Below are positions 1-8,979 of a stretch of DNA of 64,000 nt, piece after piece (the stretch's first letter is position 1; each line of letters starts with the position of its first letter). This DNA comes from Candidatus Magasanikbacteria bacterium CG10_big_fil_rev_8_21_14_0_10_36_32. GTDB lineage: Bacteria > Patescibacteriota > Patescibacteriia > Magasanikbacterales > GWA2-37-8. The stretch covers positions 4,150 to 68,149 of the forward strand of contig PFBV01000001.1 in the NCBI GenBank assembly GCA_002778465.1, in the 5' to 3' direction. Position numbers and translations under genes: made by a program. The notes below the pieces were generated by a model, which worked only from the letters and a program-made list of their open reading frames with translations, made no database searches and was not told where the DNA came from.

Positions 1-358
1 CGGTAAACATTTGATTAGTTCACTTGAATCTCGTTTGGATAATGTTGTTTATCGCATGGGTTTGGGAAAATCTAGAATTTCTGCCCGTCAAATTGTTAGT
101 CATGGGCATATAATGGTTAATGGAAAGAAACTTGATGTTCCGTCAGCTCGTGTTAAAGTAGGTGATGTAGTTGCTTTACGCGAAGGTGCGAAAAATAAAA
201 AAGAATTTCAAGGAATTCTTGAAAAATTAGCAAAAGTTGAAGCTCCAGTTTGGTTAGGTTTGGATGCGAAAGTTGCCAGTGCCAAAGTTTTGAATACACC
301 TACGGCTGAAAATCCAATGTTCAACGCCAAGGTGATTATTGAGTTTTACTCACGCTAA
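1..358 (+). CDS. rpsD: 30S ribosomal protein S4, 5' end outside the window
   Basis: LESRLDNVVYRMG and ARQIVSHGHI motifs, C-terminal IIEFYSR; directly upstream of rpoA. Confidence 0.97.
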   Translation, partial: GKHLISSLESRLDNVVYRMGLGKSRISARQIVSHGHIMVNGKKLDVPSARVKVGDVVALREGAKNKKEFQGILEKLAKVEAPVWLGLDAKVASAKVLNTPTAENPMFNAKVIIEFYSR

Positions 359-375
359 AAATTAAATATAATTTT

Positions 376-1188
376 ATGGAAAATTTACTTTTACCGTCAA
401 AAGTTGAATTTCAACAGGGTGAGCAAGCAAATGCTGGCAGTATTGTTATTATGCCTTGTTATCACGGTTATGGTGCTACTTTGGGAAATGCTTTACGTAG
501 AGTATTGCTTTCTAGTTTACCGGGTGCGGCCGTTGAGTCATTTAAAATTAGAGGTGTACAACATGAATTTACCACTGTGGAAGGTGTAAAAGAAGATGTA
601 GTTGAGGTTATGTTGAATTTAAAACAATTAATCGTGAAGGTTTATGGAGATGAGCCTGTAGTGTTAAGTTTGTCCAAAAAAGGTCCAGGCGTAGTTACTG
701 CTGATGATTTTGAAGGAAATTCTAATGTAGAAATTTTTAATAAAGATTTAGTCATTGCCAATTTGACCAACAACAAAACTTTTGAACTGGAGGTCACAGT
801 TGGCAGTGGTCGCGGTTTTAAAGCGGCTGAAGAAAAAGATCGTCAAAATTTTGATCTCGGTACCATTATGGTTGATTCTATTTATACCCCGGTGCGCGAT
901 GTTGGTTATCATATTGAATTTGCTCGTGTTGGTGATATTACTAACTATGAAAAGTTGACTGTAAATATTGAAACAAACGGCACCATTACACCGAGTGAAG
1001 CCATGCGTCAAGCCACTCAAATTTTGATAGACCATTTTAATATTGTGTTATTAGCTTCACAGGAACAAAGCGGAAAAGATGGAGTTTCTCAGACCGAAGT
1101 GGCAGAAGAAGATGTGGTAGAAACAGAAACTGAACCAAAAACGAAGAAAACCAAAGCGGTTAAAGCAAAGAAAAAAACGAAAAAATAA
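376..1188 (+). CDS. rpoA: RNA polymerase alpha subunit (N-terminal domain only)
   Basis: GYGATLGNALRRVLLSSLPG, HEFTTVEGVKEDV, ETNGTITP motifs; alpha-operon position. Confidence 0.97.
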   Translation: MENLLLPSKVEFQQGEQANAGSIVIMPCYHGYGATLGNALRRVLLSSLPGAAVESFKIRGVQHEFTTVEGVKEDVVEVMLNLKQLIVKVYGDEPVVLSLSKKGPGVVTADDFEGNSNVEIFNKDLVIANLTNNKTFELEVTVGSGRGFKAAEEKDRQNFDLGTIMVDSIYTPVRDVGYHIEFARVGDITNYEKLTVNIETNGTITPSEAMRQATQILIDHFNIVLLASQEQSGKDGVSQTEVAEEDVVETETEPKTKKTKAVKAKKKTKK

Positions 1189-1208
1189 AAAGATAATGCA
1201 GAAATTTT

Positions 1209-1559
1209 ATGAGACATTTAAATAAGAAGAAAACTTTAGACAGAAATAAAGCCGGACGCCGAGCCTTATTGGCTAATTTAGCAGAAAGTCTTATTTTATA
1301 TGAAAAAATTAAGACTACCAAAGCTAAAGCTAAAGCCGTTAAATCAGTAGTAGAAAAAATGGTTACTATTGCCAAAAAGAACACTTTGGCATCGCGTCGG
1401 GAATTAATCAAGAAACTTTATACTAAAAATGCGGTTCAAAAATTAATGGATGTATTGGGCCCTCGTTATGCCGAAAAAAAGGGCGGCTATACCCGGATGA
1501 TTGCATTAAAGAGCCGTATTGGCGATGGCGCCGAAGAATCGATTATTGAGTTTGTTTAA
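1209..1559 (+). CDS. rplQ: 50S ribosomal protein L17
   Basis: MRH start, IKTTKAKAK, GGYTR, RIGDGA. Confidence 0.97.
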   Translation: MRHLNKKKTLDRNKAGRRALLANLAESLILYEKIKTTKAKAKAVKSVVEKMVTIAKKNTLASRRELIKKLYTKNAVQKLMDVLGPRYAEKKGGYTRMIALKSRIGDGAEESIIEFV

Positions 1560-1576
1560 TTTAAGAGTGAAATAAT

Positions 1577-1927
1577 ATGGCACACAGAAAGAAATTTGAA
1601 ATTGACGCCGCCGGACAAGCTCCGGGTCGTTTAGCTACAAAAATAGCGACATTTTTAATGGGTAAACATAAACCGACTTATCGTCCGCATGTTGATAATG
1701 GTGATAAGGTGGTAATTTTAAATGTTTCTAAAATGATTTTTACCGGAAAAAAATTAGAACAAAAAGTGTATTATAAACATTCTATGCATCCGGGTGGTTT
1801 AAAAGAAACTCCGGCTAAAAAAATGATGAAAGAAAAACCGGAAGAAGTTTTAATTCATGCAGTAATGAGAATGTTACCAAAAAATAAATTGCGCACTCAG
1901 CGCATATTAAGAATTTCATTTAAATAA
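1577..1927 (+). CDS. rplM: 50S ribosomal protein L13 (short)
   Basis: IDAAGQAPGRLAT, GKHKPTYRPHVDNGD, MLPKNKL. Confidence 0.96.
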   Translation: MAHRKKFEIDAAGQAPGRLATKIATFLMGKHKPTYRPHVDNGDKVVILNVSKMIFTGKKLEQKVYYKHSMHPGGLKETPAKKMMKEKPEEVLIHAVMRMLPKNKLRTQRILRISFK

Positions 1928-1936
1928 TAGGTTGTT

Positions 1937-2404
1937 ATGAAGAAAGCAGCGACTACAAAAAAATCCAAAACAGTTATTACCGCAGCGGTCAAGCCGGTTG
2001 TTAAAAAAACAGCAGCCAAAGATCAATCTCGTGCTGTCGGCAGACGCAAAAGAGCTTCGGCTCGCGTGAGAATAGAAAAAGGTAATGGTCAAATTACTGT
2101 TAACGGACAGCCGATGGCTAAATATTTTCCTTACTTTGAATTACAGGAAATGGTTTTGGCTCCGTTAAAAACTTTGGCCAAAGAGAAAGATTTAGATGTG
2201 TCTATTAAGGTGGTTGGTGGAGGAAAAAACGGCCAAGCCATATCAGCTCAACATGGTTTATCCAGAGCCTTAGTAAAATGGAATGAAGATTTTAAAAAGA
2301 CATTAAAAACTCAAGGATATTTGACTCGCGATCCGCGCGTTAAAGAAAGAAAGAAATTCGGTTTGAAAAGAGCCCGTCGTGCACCACAGTGGTCAAAACG
2401 TTAA
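1937..2404 (+). CDS. rpsI: 30S ribosomal protein S9
   Basis: GRRKRASARV, LTRDPRVKERKKFGLKRARRAPQWSKR. Confidence 0.97.
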   Translation: MKKAATTKKSKTVITAAVKPVVKKTAAKDQSRAVGRRKRASARVRIEKGNGQITVNGQPMAKYFPYFELQEMVLAPLKTLAKEKDLDVSIKVVGGGKNGQAISAQHGLSRALVKWNEDFKKTLKTQGYLTRDPRVKERKKFGLKRARRAPQWSKR

Positions 2405-2410
2405 GAAACC

Positions 2411-2440
2411 TCCCCTCGAAAAAATCGAGGGGATTTTTTT
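2411..2440 (+). terminator. Intrinsic terminator after rpsI
   Basis: TCCCCTCGA/TCGAGGGGA stem followed by T7. Confidence 0.85.
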
Positions 2441-2511
2441 AATTTTTTGTTTAATAAAAAACCCCACGTTTTAGCGCGAGGTATTCAGATTTCAAGAGGT
2501 AAAGTTTGTTT

Positions 2512-2727
2512 TTAGTCGATCGTTTCATAAAGAATAGCCATTCCTGATTCAAAAAAACCGTTTGATATGCCAGCGAAACCGGTTTTTGGTATCGGAAACA
2601 TCATCGGAATTATGCTGATTATGCGAATCTTATCCTGATTGCTTTTGAGCCAGTCGTTTATTTTTTGTTCCAACTTAGTTTCATTATTCGCACTATTGTC
2701 AGTTTTGAAAATTTTGGTTTGGCTCAT
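2512..2727 (-). CDS. Small hypothetical protein (71 aa)
   Basis: ORF with AGGGG Shine-Dalgarno and an upstream TTGACA promoter-like element. Confidence 0.65.
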   Translation of the reverse strand: MSQTKIFKTDNSANNETKLEQKINDWLKSNQDKIRIISIIPMMFPIPKTGFAGISNGFFESGMAILYETID

Positions 2728-2856
2728 TTTTACCCCTTTTGTTGTAGTGTGCTGCTTATAAACTACTACAAAATCTCTTAGTTGTCAATATGTGGTGGAA
2801 TTGGTGTTTTTTGTTGTTAAAATCGCGTTTTTACGGTATAATCTAAACATAATAAT

Positions 2857-4311
2857 ATGTCATATTCTGTTGTAAAAAATACGTCATTTTTAACGGCGGC
2901 GTCAATTTTGCAAAAAATAATTTCTTTTGTTTATTTTACGGTTATTGCTCGAATAATCGGGGTGGGTGATACAGGACAATATTTTTTTGCCTTAACATTT
3001 ACGACAATTTTTACTGTGGTGGCGGATTTTGGTTTGGGACAAATTTTAATTAGAGAAACTGCCCGTTATCCTGAAAATTCTGAAAGAAATTTAAACACAG
3101 TTTTTTGGACTAAAGTAATTTTTGGCGCAGTAGCTTATTTGTTGGTAGTATTTTTTATTAATGTATTTAATTACGCGCCGGAAGTTAAACAATTGGTTTA
3201 TTTATCTGGAGTGACGATGTTTTTTGATAATTTACATGCTACTTTCTACGCTTTATTTCGAGCAAGAAAAAATTTATTTTATGAATCTGTTGGAGTGGTT
3301 GCTTCACAATTTTTGACTTTAACAATTGGTACCATTGCGTTGTTGATGCATTGGCCGTTAATTTGGTTGATTGTTGCTTATACAATACCAAGTTTTTTAA
3401 ATTTCTTGTACTCGGCTTATTTTGCTAGGCGTGTTTATAAATTGCATTATGGTTTTATTTGGGATAAAAATTTATTTAAAACATTTATTGTGTTAGCTGT
3501 GCCATTTGCCTTAGCTGGAATTATTGGTCGGTTATATTCTTATAGTGATTCATTGATAATGTCTAAAATGTTAAGTCGCGATGAATTGGGTTGGTGGAGT
3601 GTACCATACAAAATTACTTTCGCTTTTCAATTTATTCCGGTGGCATTGTCTGCCAGTATTTTTCCGGTGATGAGCGGATTATATTTACAAAGTAAAGAAA
3701 AAATTGGGCAATTATTTCAAAAATCATGGCATTATCTTTTTATCATTATTTTTCCACTATCCTTTGGTTTGTTTGTTTTAGCTGATCCGATTATTACTAA
3801 AATTTACAAGCCGGAATATTTGCCGTCAGTGCCGGTTTTGCGTGTTTTAATAATTAGTTTGATTTTTGGTTTTTTAAGTTTTATTACCGGCGCATTATTG
3901 AATGCTTCCAATCGTCAAAAAGTTCAGACAATATTAGTGGCGGTTGCTTTGGTTGTTAATATTGTTATTAATGTTATTTTATTGCCAAGAATTGGAATAA
4001 TCGGCGCAGCTTTTGCCGCTTTGACCGGTAATATTATCTTGTGTTTTGGAGGTATTTATTTTGCCGGACAATTTGCTGCTTTAGATTTTAAAAGAATTTT
4101 TATTTCAATTAACCAAACATTGTGGCCGGCTTTGATTATGGCAGCCGCGGTTTATTACTTGTCATCAAGGATTAATTATTTAGTTACTATACCGATTGGC
4201 GCGGTTTTGTATTTTGTATTGCTGTTTGTTACGGGCGGCTTAAACAAAGCAATGATTTTAGAAGCAAAACAAAAAATTTTAGTAAAATCTAATCCAATGT
4301 CAGTTTTGTAA
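2857..4311 (+). CDS. Wzx/MOP-family polysaccharide flippase
   Basis: VKNTSFL start, ADFGL motif, many TM segments; adjacent glycosyltransferases. Confidence 0.88.
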   Translation: MSYSVVKNTSFLTAASILQKIISFVYFTVIARIIGVGDTGQYFFALTFTTIFTVVADFGLGQILIRETARYPENSERNLNTVFWTKVIFGAVAYLLVVFFINVFNYAPEVKQLVYLSGVTMFFDNLHATFYALFRARKNLFYESVGVVASQFLTLTIGTIALLMHWPLIWLIVAYTIPSFLNFLYSAYFARRVYKLHYGFIWDKNLFKTFIVLAVPFALAGIIGRLYSYSDSLIMSKMLSRDELGWWSVPYKITFAFQFIPVALSASIFPVMSGLYLQSKEKIGQLFQKSWHYLFIIIFPLSFGLFVLADPIITKIYKPEYLPSVPVLRVLIISLIFGFLSFITGALLNASNRQKVQTILVAVALVVNIVINVILLPRIGIIGAAFAALTGNIILCFGGIYFAGQFAALDFKRIFISINQTLWPALIMAAAVYYLSSRINYLVTIPIGAVLYFVLLFVTGGLNKAMILEAKQKILVKSNPMSVL

Positions 4312-4339
4312 ATAATTAAATTAAAAATTTTTATTGAGT

Positions 4340-5449
4340 ATGTCTAAAATATTAATAGTTTCATTGGAATATCCGCCACAAGTCGGAGGAATAGCGTCAT
4401 ATGTGCAGAATTTTGCAGCTCATCTCCCACTGGAATCAGTTGTTATTTATGCTCCGAAAATTAAAGGTGATTATGATTATGATGTTAAAAATCCTTGGAA
4501 AGTGTACCGTCGGAGTCCATATTGGTTTTTGTGGCCGCGGTGGTTAAGGATGTTGTGGCAATTAAACATTATAATTAAAAAAGAAAAAATTGAAAAAATT
4601 TATATTCAGCATGCCTTACCTGTTGGATATGTTGCGTATTTAATTAAAAAAATAAAGAAAATTCCTTATATTGTATTTTTTCATGGCACTGATTTAACTT
4701 TGGGTTTAACAAAAAAAGTTCACAAATTATCTTTAGTTTGCCGTTCAGCTGAGCAGGTGATTGTTAGTAGTAATTTTTTAAAAACAAAATTACTGTCTAA
4801 ATTAGATGATTTGAAAAATGTAAAAGTCATAAATCCGTGTCCCGGCGATTTGTTTTTGCAACCGATAAATCAGGAAGAAGTGGACAAAATAAAAAGTCAG
4901 TTGGCTTTATCTGGCAAAAAAGTTATCATAAGCGTGTCACGATTGGCTGATGGCAAGGGTTTTCCGCATTTAATTAGAGTTATGCCGGATATTTTACGTA
5001 AGGTTCCTAACTTGGTTTGGCTGATAGTCGGCGATGGTCCTAAACGAGAAGCCATTGTTAATTTGGTTCAACAGTATAAATTACAAAATGTCGTTAGATT
5101 TATCGGACAAATTAATTATGAAGAATTACCAAAATTTTATCATCTAGCTGATTTATTTGTTTTGTTGACCCACAAAGACGAAACAACGGAAGAAGGTTGG
5201 GGGACAGTGTTTTTAGAGGCAGCCGCCTGTGGTTTGCCTGTAGTAGCCGGAAAAGTTGGTGGAGTAGATGAAACCATTGAACATTCAAGAACAGGAATTT
5301 TAGTTGATATTTATCAGGGCGCAAATGTGGCTGCCAGTATAGCTGATATTTTATTGGATGAAGATTTTGCTGGGCAAATGGGCTTGGCCGGACGAGAGAG
5401 AGTATTAAATGAGTTTACTTGGGAAAAGCAAATAGCTAAGATTGGTTGA
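4340..5449 (+). CDS. GT4 family glycosyltransferase
   Basis: EYPPQVGGI, VSRLADGKG, EGWGTVFLEAAACGLPVV. Confidence 0.92.
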   Translation: MSKILIVSLEYPPQVGGIASYVQNFAAHLPLESVVIYAPKIKGDYDYDVKNPWKVYRRSPYWFLWPRWLRMLWQLNIIIKKEKIEKIYIQHALPVGYVAYLIKKIKKIPYIVFFHGTDLTLGLTKKVHKLSLVCRSAEQVIVSSNFLKTKLLSKLDDLKNVKVINPCPGDLFLQPINQEEVDKIKSQLALSGKKVIISVSRLADGKGFPHLIRVMPDILRKVPNLVWLIVGDGPKREAIVNLVQQYKLQNVVRFIGQINYEELPKFYHLADLFVLLTHKDETTEEGWGTVFLEAAACGLPVVAGKVGGVDETIEHSRTGILVDIYQGANVAASIADILLDEDFAGQMGLAGRERVLNEFTWEKQIAKIG

Positions 5450-5466
5450 TTATCGCGAAAAATAAT

Positions 5467-6189
5467 ATGAATAATAAGTTAATTAGTATAATAATTCCGG
5501 TATATAATCACGCTCATACATTAAAGCGAAGCCTTGATTGTGTTTTTCGTCAAACATATCGTCCGTTGGAAGTTGTAATTGTGAATGATGGCAGTACGGA
5601 CAATTTTGGTCCGACCATTAGAACCATAATGATGACTCGTTTATCTAAAACTGTGAATATAAAAATAATTAATCAGGAAAATCGCGGAGCGCCGTCCGCT
5701 AAAAATATTGGATTTACACAGTCACACGGTGATTATGTTATTTTTTGGGATGCTGACACGATAGCTGAGCCGGTTATGTTGGAAAAAATGGTTGGGGTTT
5801 TAGAAAAAAATCCGTCTGCCAGTTATGTTTACTGTGATTATAAATTTGGTTGGAAAAAAATGCCAGGACAAAGGTTTGATCCAACACAATTAAAACTTTT
5901 TAATTATATTGATACTACTTCTTTGTTGCGGCGGGAAGATTTTGTGTTGTTTGATGAACAACTGAAAAAATTTCAAGATTGGGATATGTGGTTGACATTA
6001 TTAAGTAAAGGCAAAGTTGGTGTATGGTTGCCAGAAATGTTGTATAAAAAAATAGTGGCAGGTCGAGATGGTATAAGCAGTTGGTTGCCAAGTTTTTTTT
6101 ATAAATTACCTTGGAAGACGAAAGCAGTTAAGAAATATGAAGAGGCGCGTCGGAAGATTGTTTCCAAGCATCATTTGATGCCGCTATAG
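5467..6189 (+). CDS. GT2 family glycosyltransferase
   Basis: ISIIIPVYN, VNDGSTD, DAD, QDWDMWL. Confidence 0.92.
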   Translation: MNNKLISIIIPVYNHAHTLKRSLDCVFRQTYRPLEVVIVNDGSTDNFGPTIRTIMMTRLSKTVNIKIINQENRGAPSAKNIGFTQSHGDYVIFWDADTIAEPVMLEKMVGVLEKNPSASYVYCDYKFGWKKMPGQRFDPTQLKLFNYIDTTSLLRREDFVLFDEQLKKFQDWDMWLTLLSKGKVGVWLPEMLYKKIVAGRDGISSWLPSFFYKLPWKTKAVKKYEEARRKIVSKHHLMPL

Positions 6190-7558
6190 TTGTTATTAGC
6201 ATGATACCAAAGACATGAAAAAGTGCTGGTGAAGTGATGTTAATAATAAGTAAAGCAATAATCATTGATAAAATAACCGGACCATTTTTGTTCGGTTTTT
6301 TTATAATATCGCGAATTAATAACACGATTAAAAATAACCACAATGACAAACCAATCAATCCGCTTTCAGCCGTAATTTCCAGATATCCCCAGTCAAAGTG
6401 AGGGGTGGTTATTTCTTTATTAAATATAGGGCTAAAGACAGTGACTGTGTCACCAAGTCCTAAACCAAAAATTGAATCCGGAATGATTATTTTTTCAATA
6501 ATTTTTGGTAAGAGAAGCATTCTGGACAGTGAACTGTCTTCAATTTGCGGCGCTGTGATACTTTGGAGACGTAGGCCAAAAAATTCCCAACCTAGATTTT
6601 GTCCGCGGCTAGTAATTAGATGTAGAGCAGTAAAAATGATAAAGATTGAAATTAAAGAAACAGATATTATCTTAACTGTTCGACGCCAATTTGTTTTCCA
6701 AAATAAAATTCCTAATCCAATTATTAAAGCCAAGTAATAAATTCTCGTTAGGTTAACAGCCATAATTGCGGCGGCAGAAGAAATTACCAGCAGGTTTAAT
6801 CGTTCTTTTTTAAAAATTTGTTTTCCGGCAAATAAAACAAATAGGGGGATCAATAATAATTGTTCGTTTAAGACTATTCTGAAATAACCCAGCCCGACGT
6901 CGGTTATTTTACCTGTAGCCACATCGCGTAACCAATGATAATAGTGATCTTGCAATACGAATATTCCACTGGAAAAACCAGCTAAAGTGAATAATGTAAA
7001 CGCGACATTTCCTATTATGGCCGATACAACCATTGTTAAACCGATAGAGCGGAATTTTTTATTTGTAATAATCTCTTTTAGGGGATAAAAGTACAATATA
7101 AAGCAGTAGGGGATGAAGTCGGATATTACCAAGGTGGGCGAGTGCTTATTTATAATGCCCAGCATAGCTGATAAAACAGCCCAGATAAACAAAGATAAAA
7201 TTAAAATATTGATAGGTTGTCGCAAATTAAATGTTTGTGAGATTTTTTTTTCTTTTATAATTCTAGTAAAGAATATTATTATTGCGAGAATTAGCAATAC
7301 CGATCTCAAAGATAAAGGTTCTAAAGATAAAATATTTCCACTACCGCACAAAATGATTTCTCCGGCAATAATTAGCCAGCCGCGAATATCATTTTTAATT
7401 AAAAAATATGCGGTTAGAACAGCAACAATTGCGGCTATAGCCGTATTTACACAAGAAGCCGTCCACAGAGGTGTGGAGGGATTAAAAAAATAAGAAAACA
7501 GTCGGATGGCAAAATAAATTAGAGTAAAATAAAATATATTTTTAGATTTTATGTTCAT
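6128..7558 (-). CDS. O-antigen ligase/Wzy-like membrane protein
   Basis: Multi-TM; LTR, SSLSR, IFGLGLG, PHFDWGYLEITAESGLIG resemble Wzy_C; overlaps the convergent GT2 gene by 62 bp. Confidence 0.75.
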   Translation of the reverse strand: MNIKSKNIFYFTLIYFAIRLFSYFFNPSTPLWTASCVNTAIAAIVAVLTAYFLIKNDIRGWLIIAGEIILCGSGNILSLEPLSLRSVLLILAIIIFFTRIIKEKKISQTFNLRQPINILILSLFIWAVLSAMLGIINKHSPTLVISDFIPYCFILYFYPLKEIITNKKFRSIGLTMVVSAIIGNVAFTLFTLAGFSSGIFVLQDHYYHWLRDVATGKITDVGLGYFRIVLNEQLLLIPLFVLFAGKQIFKKERLNLLVISSAAAIMAVNLTRIYYLALIIGLGILFWKTNWRRTVKIISVSLISIFIIFTALHLITSRGQNLGWEFFGLRLQSITAPQIEDSSLSRMLLLPKIIEKIIIPDSIFGLGLGDTVTVFSPIFNKEITTPHFDWGYLEITAESGLIGLSLWLFLIVLLIRDIIKKPNKNGPVILSMIIALLIINITSPALFHVFGIMLITTIAASNDAWKQSSDAPLHIS

Positions 7559-7559
7559 G

Positions 7560-8486
7560 TTATTGTAAAATTTTTTCATTAATATCACGCATGCCATTTA
7601 AAAATTCCGCGGCTGGTAAGTTATTTCTCCCTTCCAATTGCGCTGACAATATTTCAATTGTAGAATTTTGACCGCAACCCGCGTAAATATGATTGCCACT
7701 AATTAATATTTCCCCCGGTTTTAAATTTTTTGCTGCAGTTTTGGTGATTTTAGTTAATTTTATTCTTTTATCATCAATTGTTGTCCATATTCCTGGCCAA
7801 GGCTGAAGTCCGCGATATTGATTGTAAATTGATTCTGAATTATTTGTAAAATTAATTCGACCGTCGTCACGAGTAAATATTTTGCAAAAAGTTGCTTGAG
7901 TTTCATCTTGTATTTGCGGTTCAATTTGTTTAGCCAGCCATTTTTTCACAGTGTTTAATAATTGAGGAATGGCCATTGTGGCCAGTTTTTCACTTACTAA
8001 AGGACAAGTGTCATCTGGTTCAATTGATATTTTTGTTTGTGAAAGAATTGGTCCGTGATCCATTTTTTTATCCATTAGCATTATGGTTATGCCGGTGATT
8101 TTTTCTCCGTTGATTAAGGCTGTTTGGATAGGGGAAGCGCCGCGATACTTTGGCAGTAAAGAAGTGTGAATATTCAAACTTTTATTTGCGGGAATATTTA
8201 ACACTGCTTCAGGAATTATTAATCCATATTGGCAAACTACATTCAAATCAATTTCGTTTAAAATAGACAAATCAAAATTTTGTTTAAGTGATTCCGGTTG
8301 GATAATTTTTAATTTATGTTGCTTGGCTATGATTTTTACTGGCGACTCCTCAATTATTTGTTTTCGACCAACTTTTTTGTCCGGTTGAGTGATTACCAAA
8401 TCAACAGAGTAATCCGTATTATTTAGCAGGGCTGTTAAAATTTTTCCAGCAAATTCACCTGTGCCAAAAAAGGCTATTTTCATCAT
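7560..8486 (-). CDS. fmt: Methionyl-tRNA formyltransferase
   Basis: FFGTGEF, ITQPDKKVGR, NIHTSLLPKYRGASPIQ, QPWPG. Confidence 0.96.
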   Translation of the reverse strand: MMKIAFFGTGEFAGKILTALLNNTDYSVDLVITQPDKKVGRKQIIEESPVKIIAKQHKLKIIQPESLKQNFDLSILNEIDLNVVCQYGLIIPEAVLNIPANKSLNIHTSLLPKYRGASPIQTALINGEKITGITIMLMDKKMDHGPILSQTKISIEPDDTCPLVSEKLATMAIPQLLNTVKKWLAKQIEPQIQDETQATFCKIFTRDDGRINFTNNSESIYNQYRGLQPWPGIWTTIDDKRIKLTKITKTAAKNLKPGEILISGNHIYAGCGQNSTIEILSAQLEGRNNLPAAEFLNGMRDINEKILQ

Positions 8487-8974
8487 AGTTGTATTAAGTC
8501 AGCTTGGCGTAATTTTTTGGCTTTTTCAATAAAGAGTATGCCATTTAAGTGATCAATTTCGTGTTGGAGAATGCGGGCAAAATAATCTTCGGCCGGAAAT
8601 TCCATTTTTTCACCCCTGATATTTTGTCCGTATACTTTTATTTTTTTATAGCGTTTTACTTCTCCAAAAATATTCGGCACGGACAAACATCCTTCGTCAT
8701 CAATAGTTTTTTGTAATGACATTTTTTCCCACTCAGGATTTATTAATATTAAATCAGTTTTTTGATTGGGAGTATATTTTTTGGCAATAACGCAGATAGC
8801 CAGTGATTGTCCAATTTGCGGCGCGGCCAAACCAACGCCGTCTTTAGCGTACATTGTTTCAATCATGTTCGTGGTTAATTTTTTTATATCTGGACTGCCA
8901 AATCGGTCCGCTGACAATGAAGCGGATTTTTTATGTAATATTTCGTTTGGGTCAGTTACGATATCTAGAATCAT
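8483..8974 (-). CDS. def: Peptide deformylase
   Basis: GVGLAAPQIG, EGCLS, QHEIDHLNG. Confidence 0.97.
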   Translation of the reverse strand: MILDIVTDPNEILHKKSASLSADRFGSPDIKKLTTNMIETMYAKDGVGLAAPQIGQSLAICVIAKKYTPNQKTDLILINPEWEKMSLQKTIDDEGCLSVPNIFGEVKRYKKIKVYGQNIRGEKMEFPAEDYFARILQHEIDHLNGILFIEKAKKLRQADLIQL

Positions 8975-8979
8975 ATGTT

